Shown piece after piece: positions 28,759 through 37,944 of a stretch of 56,825 bases of DNA (position 1 is the stretch's first letter; the number at the start of each line of letters is the position of its first letter). The notes under the pieces were generated by a model. The model had not been told where the DNA came from. It did no database searches and was given only the letters and a program-made list of their open reading frames with translations. Made by a program: the position numbers and the translations under genes. Source of the DNA: Chthonomonadales bacterium (GTDB lineage: Bacteria; Armatimonadota; Chthonomonadetes; Chthonomonadales; CAJBBX01); the NCBI GenBank assembly GCA_037443035.1, contig JBBIPC010000019.1, forward strand, positions 1 to 56,825, read 5' to 3'.

Positions 28759-29841
28759 TTGAGGTACCCCAGGATCCTCTTCTACGCTGTTGACGGGCTG
28801 GGGCTTGGCCACGTCACAAGGCTTCTGGCCATCGCTCGCAAACTGCGGGGTATCCGCCCGGATGCGGAGATCCTCTTTTTCACGAGTTCGGAAGCCGAGG
28901 ACGTCATCTTTCGTGAAGGTTTCGCCGCCGTCAAGGTGCCATCGAAGACGCTCCGCTCGCAGGCACGGATTCGCCCGGCCACCTACGCGAGGGTGCTGCA
29001 CACGCTCACGCTCAACCTAATGGCAGCATTCCATCCCCACGTCCTCGTGGTGGATACCTTCGCCGCGGGTTGCTTGCAGGAACTGCTACCGGTGCTGCGA
29101 TGGGATTCGAAGAACGTGTTTGTGTTCCGCGTCCAGCGTCCAGAAGTGTCCCGCGCTCCCCTGATGCAAAGTGCCCTCCAGCTCTACGATCTCGTCATCG
29201 TGCCGCATACGCCGGGCGAAGTGGATGTGCCAGTGCCTGAGGGTTGTGACACTTTGTGGACCGGACCGATCCTGATTCGCGACCGGGACGAGGCTTTCAG
29301 CCGTGAGCGGGCCCGTCAGCTGCTTGGATTGCCAGCAGACGCCAAGGTTGTCTACATCTCGTTCGGGGGAGGTGGCGATGCGGACATGGACGCCGCATTG
29401 GCACTATCACTGGATGCACTCGCCGGCGCGGGCGCACACCTGGCGGTTGCCGAAGCGCCGTTGTACCGAGGCCAAATCCTACGACGGGAAGATATGACCG
29501 CCGTGGCCCATTATCCCATGGCCGAGATGTACCAAGCGTTCGATGCCGCGGTCAGCGCAGCGGGCTACAACAGTACGATGGAATTGATGCACCATGGCAT
29601 CCCCTCGGTATTGGTGCCTTTCCCGAGACAGGTGGATGATCAGCTCGAGCGCGCTCGTGCCCTAGCCAAAGCCGGAGCAGCCTATTGCCTCGAGACGCTC
29701 TCTGCAGACAACCTACGCCAGGCAGTCGCCCAGCTCTTGGACGAGGGCCGGGCTGCAGAGCTAGCTCAGGCAGCGAGCCGACAGGTTCCCACGAATGGCG
29801 CCGTACGGGCCGCTGAGGCTATATCGGAGCTTCTCCCATAG
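28759..29841 (+). CDS. GT-B glycosyltransferase (MurG/GT28-like)
   Basis: DGLGLGHVTR, SFGGGG, AVSAAGYNS, DDQLERA, NGA..AA. Confidence 0.88.
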   Translation: MRYPRILFYAVDGLGLGHVTRLLAIARKLRGIRPDAEILFFTSSEAEDVIFREGFAAVKVPSKTLRSQARIRPATYARVLHTLTLNLMAAFHPHVLVVDTFAAGCLQELLPVLRWDSKNVFVFRVQRPEVSRAPLMQSALQLYDLVIVPHTPGEVDVPVPEGCDTLWTGPILIRDRDEAFSRERARQLLGLPADAKVVYISFGGGGDADMDAALALSLDALAGAGAHLAVAEAPLYRGQILRREDMTAVAHYPMAEMYQAFDAAVSAAGYNSTMELMHHGIPSVLVPFPRQVDDQLERARALAKAGAAYCLETLSADNLRQAVAQLLDEGRAAELAQAASRQVPTNGAVRAAEAISELLP

Positions 29842-29866
29842 CGGTGTCTTCTGTCACTGACAGAGG

Positions 29867-31336
29867 CTAGCGCAGCAGCGACCCTTGGATGAACTCGGTC
29901 ACATCGGCTTTGAGGCGTGCCAGCGACTCGCTGTGGACATACATCATGTGCCCCGCTTCATAGTATCCCGTGCTGATGTTGCCGCGAAGCTCTGGATCCA
30001 ACCCCATGTGGCTGAGCGTGTACTGGGTCGCGAAGTAGGGCGTGGCCAGATCGAAATAGCCCGAGGCGACGAAGACCCGCATATGCGGGTTCTTGGAAAA
30101 CGCCGAGCGGAGCGCATCGCTCGTGTCCGGATAGCCATCGGCAGCCGATCCCCAGTCCCAGGGACTCTTGATCCCAGTACCCAGCACTTGGTAGACGTCG
30201 TCGGTCTCATACCGCAGCTCACGGCGCACATAATCGTTGAACGCCGACGTGTAGGGCGGCATGATTGCGGCGATGGCGGGATCGTAATCCGGCCGCTCCG
30301 TTACGGCGATGGCGTCAATACCCTTGAACCGGCTATCCAGGCGTCCCACGGTCCTCTTCTCCCTGCGGAGGAGCTCCTTGCAGAACCGATGGATCTGGAT
30401 GCGAAGGTCGCTCTCGTCCACGTACTCCTCCGATAGTCCCGTGAACCGTGCGAGCTGACGGATCACCTCACGGCGCTCTGCGTCTGTCAGCATGTCTCCT
30501 CGTGCCAACGCTTCGGCGTAGGGTCCTGCCGCCCATGCTTCGACCTGCCGCAGCGTGGTCTGCAGGTCCCCTTGCAGATCCTCTGGCAACCGTCTGTGGT
30601 ACCACGCTGTCGCTGTGTACGTCGGCAGAAACAGGACGTACGGAAGGTCATTCCCCTTCGCGAACCTCGCCGTCTGGAAGTTGAGGATAGAAGAGACGAG
30701 GACGATTCCGTTCAGGGCGATGCCCCGGTCAATGAGATGACCGGCCAAGCCAGCCGCGCGTGTTGTTCCGTAGCTCTCTCCCACAATGTAGAGCGGCGAT
30801 GACCACCGACCGAAGCGTGTGAGGAACAGCCGGATGAACTCGCCCACCGACTCGATATCGCCTTTGAGGCCCCAGAACTTCTTTCCGACCTCTGTGTTGC
30901 GAGGACGGCTGTAGCCGGTTCCGACGGGATCGATGAACACGAGGTCTGTTGCGGCCAGCCAGGTGTGCTCGTTCGGGATGACGCGATACGGAGGCGGCGG
31001 CATGCCGTCGTCCAGAGTCTCCACGCGTTTCGGCCCCAATGCCCCAAGATGTAGCCACACAGACGCCGAACCTGGTCCACCGTTGAACGAGAACATGAGA
31101 GGGCGACGCGTCGGGTCCTCGACCCCCTCGCGTAAGTAAGCCATGTAGAAGATACCGGCCTCCGCTTCGCCTTCGTCCGTGCGGATCGGGAGCATGCCCA
31201 CGTGCGCTCGATACTTCAGGGACTCTCCTGCCACAGAGACCTCGTGATCGGTCATGACGGGCCGCTTGTCGAAGGCACTCGACGTCGTGGGCTTCCTTAC
31301 TTTCCTGCGCGGTGTGCGAGTCACACTATCGGGCAT
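29867..31336 (-). CDS. S10 serine carboxypeptidase
   Basis: FNGGPGSAS, FIDPVGTGYS, GESYG, GYFDLATP, AGHMMY; GGAGG RBS before ATG 31336. Confidence 0.93.
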   Translation of the reverse strand: MPDSVTRTPRRKVRKPTTSSAFDKRPVMTDHEVSVAGESLKYRAHVGMLPIRTDEGEAEAGIFYMAYLREGVEDPTRRPLMFSFNGGPGSASVWLHLGALGPKRVETLDDGMPPPPYRVIPNEHTWLAATDLVFIDPVGTGYSRPRNTEVGKKFWGLKGDIESVGEFIRLFLTRFGRWSSPLYIVGESYGTTRAAGLAGHLIDRGIALNGIVLVSSILNFQTARFAKGNDLPYVLFLPTYTATAWYHRRLPEDLQGDLQTTLRQVEAWAAGPYAEALARGDMLTDAERREVIRQLARFTGLSEEYVDESDLRIQIHRFCKELLRREKRTVGRLDSRFKGIDAIAVTERPDYDPAIAAIMPPYTSAFNDYVRRELRYETDDVYQVLGTGIKSPWDWGSAADGYPDTSDALRSAFSKNPHMRVFVASGYFDLATPYFATQYTLSHMGLDPELRGNISTGYYEAGHMMYVHSESLARLKADVTEFIQGSLLR

Positions 31337-31407
31337 GGTGCAGAACCTCCGTACGATGCTGGGTGAGCTGCCGTGGAGTATACCGGTTCGCCAATCAGCG
31401 GGAGCCT

Positions 31408-33810
31408 CTATCTCTTCAGTAGCCAGATTTCGCAGACTTGGCAACACCGCCCATTGCCGCCTCCGCCAGGCTCCGCCATGAAACGCAGCTCCAGCGAACC
31501 ATCCGCATAGGCTTGCCGTGGAATCTCGAATTCGATCGGCTGCTGCGGCGAAGGCTTCAACATCCAGCCGTGCACTTCGAGTTCGTTTCCCGTCACGAGC
31601 CGAACCTTTCGCGTCATGCCGTCTGGACCGTAGACGACGCGTACGACGTATCGCGCGTTCGGATCGAGTCCTGCATAGTGGAACCGCAAGGGCGTGTCAT
31701 AGAGTGTCTCGGCGTAGCGGGTCCACGTGAGGCGTGGGGGATTGCCGCTGAAGCCCACCCGCACCGACTCGTAGCAGCCGGGGTCCTTATCGAATCCAGG
31801 GCCCACCACCAAATGGGGGCGTCGGAGCGGGTTACCAGGTTCATCATAGAAGCCGCCTGGTCCCGGATCTGTCCAGTGAACGATCTGCTCGATGCGGCGG
31901 AGCTTTTCGCCTGCACTAGCGAGTGCCGCTATCTCGGTGAGCTCCTTCGCTAACCACGGACGGTTGGTGAAGGGTGCGTCCACGCTATCCAGGTTGGCCC
32001 CCCGTTCCACGGCAATGGCGTGGTACCGCGGTACACTAAGCTGCATGCGGATGCTCTGGTAGAGCGCTTCTGCAAGCTCGAAGATACGGGCCCGTAACTC
32101 CGGTGCCACTGGGTCTGTTGCCTTGGCCAGCTCCGCTTGGGCCCTGGCGATAGCCACGTCGGCCCCCAGCTCCCGTGCGCGCGCCAAGACTCCTATTGCC
32201 GCGTCCTCGGCCTGTGCCTCGGCCATGGCCCTTCGCCGGACATAGGCATCGTAATACGCTCGGTACAGAGCCTGTTGGAACCGCCAGTTGAGCTTCTCCT
32301 GCGGTGTGGACGTCTGCTCCATCGTCTGGAATAGGGCTAGCGTTGTGTCAATGCCATCATTGGGTAGGATCGGTCCCCGCCAGTTCCGCTCGAGGGCCAG
32401 GAGTCCCTCGGCAAAGGAGTTCTCTCTGGCTGGTCCGATGAAATACCGGGCGTATTCGCGCAGGATCTGCCGAACGTCGGCGTCCGGATCCCACCCCAGC
32501 GCACTCCAGACCGCCTTGTTCACATCGTCATTGCATCCCTCTGAGTACGTGATGAAGCCGATGGTATGCGGATTTGTGTTGCGGAAGATCATCGCCTGAT
32601 CCACCGGACGGGGATTGATGGCCTCGCGTCCCTCGGTCATGGCATAGGCGAGATCCCAATCTGGCACGGTGTACTGGCACTGGCGCATATGGGTAATGTC
32701 CGGATAGTGGCGTATCGGGTACTGAGCAGGCACCATCTGCCGCAGCTTCGCCACCGGAACCCGTACTTGAGGACCGAATACGACACCGGTGAACCACCTT
32801 GGATGCTGCGTGCGAAGGATGGTGATGAACTCGTCCAACCACTCCGTAGTGAACCCTTGCGGGGCGACCCAGATGCCGGCCTTCGGGTGCTTGCGGTGAA
32901 GGACCGGAGCCATTCTCTCGAGGAACCTCATGAGAACGCTTGGCCTGGTATGGCCTGGGTCGCCGCCAGGCACGAAGAGGGCATCCACCCTCGGGAGACG
33001 ATCGAGCACGCTCGCCCATTCCTTCAGAGCCGACTCTACCGTCTCTGGCTTCGAGTAGTCCGGGTCCAGTGCCGGATACCAGATCCACACATCCAGCCCG
33101 TAGCGATTCAGTAGGCCGGACATACGTACCATCATCTCCATCTGCGGCAGCGGGAAGTGGGGACTGTCGGGTGCATCGTCGGAACGAGGCGGGATCAGCT
33201 CCACTGCATTGGCCCCGAAAACGACCAGGTCCCGGATGTACTGCTCCCACATGGCCGGTGTCCACGCATCGTAGGAGTTCGTTTTCGGCCTGTAGCCGAG
33301 TTGATGACCTCGAAGTGTCACGCGGGGAGCTGTGCTGATCCTGAGTCCGTCCGGTATGCTCACCTCGTCGCGTCGCATCTCCAGTAGCCTTAACAAGCGT
33401 CCCGCGCCGAACAGCACGCCACGCGCATCGTTGCCCACGACCAGCACGACAGGCTGGTTACCGTTGCGAAGCGTGACGATCCGATATCCATCCGCTCCTT
33501 GCACTCTCGCCGGCAGAAAACCCGCGAAGCGAGGAAACCGGCGGGGCAAGCGCTCGGCGGTCTCGATGATGACGACACCTCTCGTCCCACTCGGCTCCCT
33601 GCCTGTTCGTGGCCAGCGAATGCGTGTGCGTTTCTCCAACTCATCCAGCAGCATCGGGACTGCTTCAGCCTCGGGACCAGTTCGCGCAGATGGCGGCACG
33701 ACGACGGCATCCCGCAGATCCAAGGTAGCGACCTCTGCTGACGACAGGCCGAAGGCAGCGCTAGCAACCAAGATGAGAGCAAGGCACCATGGTATCCAGA
33801 GCGGGTTCAT
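31408..33810 (-). CDS. Secreted unassigned glycoside-hydrolase-like protein
   Basis: GGAGG RBS, signal peptide, DGYRI..VVGNDARGVLFGAGRLLR (GH20/GH67/GH115-type N-domain), RGHQLGYRP, YSEGCNDD. Confidence 0.7.
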   Translation of the reverse strand: MNPLWIPWCLALILVASAAFGLSSAEVATLDLRDAVVVPPSARTGPEAEAVPMLLDELEKRTRIRWPRTGREPSGTRGVVIIETAERLPRRFPRFAGFLPARVQGADGYRIVTLRNGNQPVVLVVGNDARGVLFGAGRLLRLLEMRRDEVSIPDGLRISTAPRVTLRGHQLGYRPKTNSYDAWTPAMWEQYIRDLVVFGANAVELIPPRSDDAPDSPHFPLPQMEMMVRMSGLLNRYGLDVWIWYPALDPDYSKPETVESALKEWASVLDRLPRVDALFVPGGDPGHTRPSVLMRFLERMAPVLHRKHPKAGIWVAPQGFTTEWLDEFITILRTQHPRWFTGVVFGPQVRVPVAKLRQMVPAQYPIRHYPDITHMRQCQYTVPDWDLAYAMTEGREAINPRPVDQAMIFRNTNPHTIGFITYSEGCNDDVNKAVWSALGWDPDADVRQILREYARYFIGPARENSFAEGLLALERNWRGPILPNDGIDTTLALFQTMEQTSTPQEKLNWRFQQALYRAYYDAYVRRRAMAEAQAEDAAIGVLARARELGADVAIARAQAELAKATDPVAPELRARIFELAEALYQSIRMQLSVPRYHAIAVERGANLDSVDAPFTNRPWLAKELTEIAALASAGEKLRRIEQIVHWTDPGPGGFYDEPGNPLRRPHLVVGPGFDKDPGCYESVRVGFSGNPPRLTWTRYAETLYDTPLRFHYAGLDPNARYVVRVVYGPDGMTRKVRLVTGNELEVHGWMLKPSPQQPIEFEIPRQAYADGSLELRFMAEPGGGGNGRCCQVCEIWLLKR

Positions 33811-33933
33811 GGGATTCACCTCCTGAGGCAGAGACGGTACGACGATGACTTCGCTTTCCCAACGCACCGCTCCTTCCGGAGAAACGTCCACATAATGGGA
33901 ACGAACGACATCCGTGCTACGGATATACTCTGT

Positions 33934-35430
33934 ATGCAGAGAACATCTGCCGCGAAAGGTTCGCACATCGCCTTGCCACGATTCCGTAAGATCGTACTAG
34001 TAGAGCCACGTGCTCCGGGTTTCCACGTCTACAGTAGAGTCCGCTTGCCCCGCCTGGGTCTCCCACTTCTGGCCGGCATCCTCAAGTCCCGCGGATATGA
34101 CGATGTAACCGTCTACTGCGAAGATATCGCTCCCATCAACGTGGAGGATGTCTGCCGGGCGGACGTGGTGGGCATCTCCACAACCACCTCGACTGCGCCG
34201 GCCGCGTATCGTCTGGGGAGTCTGGTGAAGAAACGGAATCCCAAAGCCGTCGTCGTCATCGGCGGCGTTCACGTAACATTCATGCCGGACGAACCGTTCC
34301 GGGAGGACATCGCAGAACGGTTTCAGGCCCCACTGCCGATCTGCGACCATGTCATCCGCGGCGAGGCTGAGTATAGCTTCCCCAACTTGCTCGCGGATCT
34401 CGAGAGCGGCAAGCAGCCGGAACCCGTTTTGGGCGTTACCCTTCGCAGCGGCCCAGGCGCTCGAATAGACTGGCGGCTCACCACACAGGGGCTAGACGAC
34501 CTACCCTTCCCGGATCTGGAAGCTATCGTCGGTCATGAACGTATTCACATCGCGCCTGTGGCCACTTCTAGGGGGTGTCCCTTCGACTGCAGTTTCTGCT
34601 CCGTCATCGAGATGTTCGGCCAGCGCATGCGGTACCGCTCCGTCGATCCAGATCATCCGCGCAGTGTGATCTCGGAGCTGCGCGCACTGAAGGAACGCGG
34701 TCTGAAACAGGTCTTCTTCTACGACGACAACTTCTGTGCCAACATCAGCCGTACGAAGCAACTCCTGGAGAACATGATCCGTGCCGACGTTGTTCCCAAG
34801 ATGTGGTCGGCGCAGGTACGTGCGACGGAGGTTGTGCGGGACAAGGAGTTGCTGGAGCTCATGCGGCGCACGAACTGCGTCATGGTCTACATGGGACTGG
34901 AGTCGGTCAATCCACACACTCTCGAAGAGTACAACAAGAAGCAGACGGTCGAGCAGATCGTAGAGGCCATCCAGGTGTTGAAGCGGTACGACGTTCTCGC
35001 ACATGGCATGTTCGTGTTCGGTGCGGACGAAGACACCGTCGAAAGTCTGCGAGCTACCGCCGACTTCGCCATCAAGCATGATATCAGTACCGTGCAGTTC
35101 ATGATCCTGACACCCCTACCAGGTACTCGTTACTTCGAGGGGCTTCGCAGCGAAGGACGCATCTTCGACTACAACTGGTCGCACTATGATGCGCATCACA
35201 CAGTCTTCCAACCAAAGCAGATGTCTGCTGCGACGCTTCAGCGCGTAACGTTCGAAGCCATGGCCCGCGTCTACGCCTACACCCGTTGCATTACGCCGCT
35301 GCTGCGGGGCAACTACCTCACGGCGTTCTTCCGCCTCTACGGTCATTCGCTCATTGCGAAGCATCTGCGAGCGACTCGCGATTATCTCCGTTCGCTGGAG
35401 TCCATGCAGCCGCTACGAAGCCAGGCGTAG
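33934..35430 (+). CDS. Cobalamin-binding radical SAM enzyme
   Basis: PRLGL..LA, DVVGIS, IGGVHVT..P, SRGCPFDCSFC, FYDDNF, GLES, LTPLPGT. Start uncertain (33895, 33934 or 33973). Confidence 0.9.
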   Translation: MQRTSAAKGSHIALPRFRKIVLVEPRAPGFHVYSRVRLPRLGLPLLAGILKSRGYDDVTVYCEDIAPINVEDVCRADVVGISTTTSTAPAAYRLGSLVKKRNPKAVVVIGGVHVTFMPDEPFREDIAERFQAPLPICDHVIRGEAEYSFPNLLADLESGKQPEPVLGVTLRSGPGARIDWRLTTQGLDDLPFPDLEAIVGHERIHIAPVATSRGCPFDCSFCSVIEMFGQRMRYRSVDPDHPRSVISELRALKERGLKQVFFYDDNFCANISRTKQLLENMIRADVVPKMWSAQVRATEVVRDKELLELMRRTNCVMVYMGLESVNPHTLEEYNKKQTVEQIVEAIQVLKRYDVLAHGMFVFGADEDTVESLRATADFAIKHDISTVQFMILTPLPGTRYFEGLRSEGRIFDYNWSHYDAHHTVFQPKQMSAATLQRVTFEAMARVYAYTRCITPLLRGNYLTAFFRLYGHSLIAKHLRATRDYLRSLESMQPLRSQA

Positions 35431-35501
35431 CTCACGTTATCTCACGGGATGTCCACCTCGCTCCGAAGATGGGCGCAGAGTCCTCGACGTACCGCTGGAT
35501 C

Positions 35502-35897
35502 TTAGCCAACCAGGCAGTCGGAGAGTAACTCTCGCGCTTTCGCGTCGTCGTTTGTCGAGATGAGAACACTCGCCCAGCCGCGGTCGCGCCGAACGAATCG
35601 CATAGCGTTGATGTTGATGCCTGGCTCACGGAATCGCGCGGCGATTCGCGCCAGCGCCCCCGGCTCGTCCGGTATGCGGATCAGCAGCACATCCTCGCCA
35701 ACAGCGTTGTAACCTCCCTCGGCGAGAGCACGCAGTGCTGCGTCGTACGGTTCCGCGCGCAGGACAATGACACCGTGGACGTGATCGTCCGTGGCATCTA
35801 TGTCCTCGATGTTAACGCCCCGCGCCGCCAGCCGCTCTGTGACGTCCGCCAGCGTGCCTGGCCGGTCCGGCGGCGTGATGATGGTGATTTGCTTCAT
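35502..35897 (-). CDS. Tandem-ACT-domain protein
   Basis: DRPGTLA..LAARGVNI and DEPGALA..GININ; GGAGG RBS; ATGA overlap with the decarboxylase. Confidence 0.9.
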   Translation of the reverse strand: MKQITIITPPDRPGTLADVTERLAARGVNIEDIDATDDHVHGVIVLRAEPYDAALRALAEGGYNAVGEDVLLIRIPDEPGALARIAARFREPGININAMRFVRRDRGWASVLISTNDDAKARELLSDCLVG

Positions 35898-37084
35898 CCC
35901 TCGCCTCCCTTGCTGGCGCCCAAGCACTCCGCCGCTTGCTCGACCAGACGATCTACGGTTGATTGCGTCACGTGGGGCAGCGTGATAATGTGGGCAATGC
36001 CCCGCTGCGGCGCCATCTGCCATCGGCTGATGATCTCCATGCCCGGATTCGGGAAGACAACCGTGACAGAGTTCCGATGGCGCCACGCCTTGATCCCGTG
36101 ATCCCGGAACCGCGCGACCGCGTAGTCCGCCATAGCCAGAGACCTCTGGGCTCGCCTGCGGAGCCCCTCCTCTCCCCAGCGCTGGATGGCACTCCAGAGG
36201 ATGAGCGGGTTCAGCGCGTTGCGACTGCCGGCTATGGTCGTATCCATGCACCCGACGTACTCGACGCTTCTCGCCACGCGATCCACGTTGCGCCGCACCG
36301 CAAGTGCTACACCACATGGTATCGGGGAACCGATGAACTTGTGTCCCGACACTGCCACGGAATCCACTCCCGCATCGAAGCCAAACGGCTGAGGATCCTC
36401 CACCCAAGGGAGGATCATGCCAGACAACGCCGCATCTGCGTGGATGTAGAAGCGCGTGATAGCGAGGTCTGCGAGCATCGCACGGATGGTGCGCAGATCG
36501 TCTACAGCCCCATGCATGGTGGTGCCGATGTTCGCCATGATGATAGGCGGCACATCCCTGCGCAACTTCAGGGTCTCGTAGAGATCGTCGTAGTCCATCT
36601 CCCCATCCGGTCGACCGCGAATCATGATGCTGCGTGCCCCAAGTACGCGCACAATCTTCGCGACCGAATAGTGCGTATGCTCGGAGTAGTAGACCACGCC
36701 GTCGGGGAACAGCTCCCGTCCCAGATACAAGCCGTAGAGGTTTCCTTCGGTGCCGCCAGAGGTCACATAACCCCATGTGAGCCCTTCCGGCGCCCGGAGA
36801 TGCTTCTGGAAGAACGCAACCACCTCCCGCTCGAACTCAAAGGTATTCTCGCGGTAGATGGAATCAGCGAACGGATCGCCGACGTTATTGAGCGCATATC
36901 GCAAGAACGGGTGGAGATTGGTATGATCGAAGTCCTGGCTGCAGGGATAACCGATGAGCGTCTCGGCGATACCCTGGACACGCTGGAGAAATGCCTCGAG
37001 ACGTTCTGCTGCCTCCGGCGGTAACGGTGGCATGGGTTCGACGGCGTCTGTCGGCGCAATCGTAGGAATCTCTGTTACACTCAT
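35894..37084 (-). CDS. Group II PLP-dependent decarboxylase (histidine/serine decarboxylase-like)
   Basis: GYP, LNNVGDP, WGYVTSGGTEGN, THYS, NIGTTM.GA.D, HADAALSG, SGHKFIGSPIPCG (PLP Lys), TIAGSRN. Confidence 0.9.
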   Translation of the reverse strand: MSVTEIPTIAPTDAVEPMPPLPPEAAERLEAFLQRVQGIAETLIGYPCSQDFDHTNLHPFLRYALNNVGDPFADSIYRENTFEFEREVVAFFQKHLRAPEGLTWGYVTSGGTEGNLYGLYLGRELFPDGVVYYSEHTHYSVAKIVRVLGARSIMIRGRPDGEMDYDDLYETLKLRRDVPPIIMANIGTTMHGAVDDLRTIRAMLADLAITRFYIHADAALSGMILPWVEDPQPFGFDAGVDSVAVSGHKFIGSPIPCGVALAVRRNVDRVARSVEYVGCMDTTIAGSRNALNPLILWSAIQRWGEEGLRRRAQRSLAMADYAVARFRDHGIKAWRHRNSVTVVFPNPGMEIISRWQMAPQRGIAHIITLPHVTQSTVDRLVEQAAECLGASKGGEG

Positions 37085-37283
37085 GGGCGTGCTCCGTTCA
37101 CCTCGCTGTGTCGCGCCAGCTTCGTTGCCGTGCCTACGGCACGTCTGAGTGGTTCTGCTTGCACCTGCTTATACGACGCAAGTGCGCTTGTTCCTTCTCT
37201 GCCGTAGCCGAGAGCATCCGTCCGCTTGCCAAGCGCTGGCGCCAACACGCCTCGGGTACCATCACTCGGAATCGAGGCCATGT

Positions 37284-37874
37284 GTGGAGGCTAACTTACT
37301 GCTAGAACAACCGTTGGTTCGTGCCTATCTCGAGCGTCTGCGTCGACTCGTGCAGCACCTACCTCCGGCGGAAGCTGACGAGCTGAGGGCCAGGGCACTG
37401 GCGGAAATCGAGCTGGAAGCTTGTCTGCGATATGCCGAGGCATCGGATACCGAAGCGATTGCAGCAGTCCTCGCGAGGTTGGGACCTCCGGAAGCACTGG
37501 TCGCCCGCCTTGGCGCTTCTTGCACAGAGTCTGCGGGCGGTCGTACCAGCTACAAGTCTGGGATGTGCCACACATGCGGCAAAGTAGCTAGCCGTGAGTG
37601 GGTAACATGCCCTCACTGCGGCTCTCCGCAGCCAGCCCGGCGCCGTTTGGCTGGAAAGGGCTACGAGTGGAAATCGAACGCCACCTCCGGAGGCTGGCCG
37701 CTCATCCACATCACCTGGGGCAGCGATGAGAATGGGCCCATCCGCGTCGCGCGCCGGGTAATCGCCATCGGTCAGTTCGGAATCGGGCTTCTGGTGGGAG
37801 TCCGCCAGATCTCAGTCGGTGTATTCGCAGCCGGAATGAAGGCGTTCGCGCGGTGGACTCGGTCGGCCATCTGA
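37284..37874 (+). CDS. Hypothetical protein: HAAS/DUF1700-like helical domain, zinc ribbon, hydrophobic C-terminus
   Basis: YLERLRR..LP..E, VLARLGPPE, CHTC..CPHCG, YEWKS..GWPLIHI..IAIG. GTG start inferred. Confidence 0.65.
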   Translation: MEANLLLEQPLVRAYLERLRRLVQHLPPAEADELRARALAEIELEACLRYAEASDTEAIAAVLARLGPPEALVARLGASCTESAGGRTSYKSGMCHTCGKVASREWVTCPHCGSPQPARRRLAGKGYEWKSNATSGGWPLIHITWGSDENGPIRVARRVIAIGQFGIGLLVGVRQISVGVFAAGMKAFARWTRSAI

Positions 37875-37900
37875 TACGTGGCATGCTGACCTGCAGGCGA

Positions 37901-37929
37901 TTGACACGAAGCCTAGGCTTCGGTACACT
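37901..37929 (+). promoter_or_regulatory. Sigma70 promoter with a palindromic spacer
   Basis: TTGACA-17 bp-TACACT; the spacer contains the perfect palindrome CGAAGCCTAGGCTTCG (37907-37922). Confidence 0.8.
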
Positions 37930-37944
37930 CTCACGCGCCTAGCG

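Noticed and set aside
35898..36776. Long open frame upstream of and in frame with the ACT gene, suggesting a frameshift fusion with the decarboxylase
   Set aside because: The translation is Arg/His-rich shadow sequence typical of GC-rich DNA. The ACT gene has its own RBS and ATG, and I saw no slippery site.
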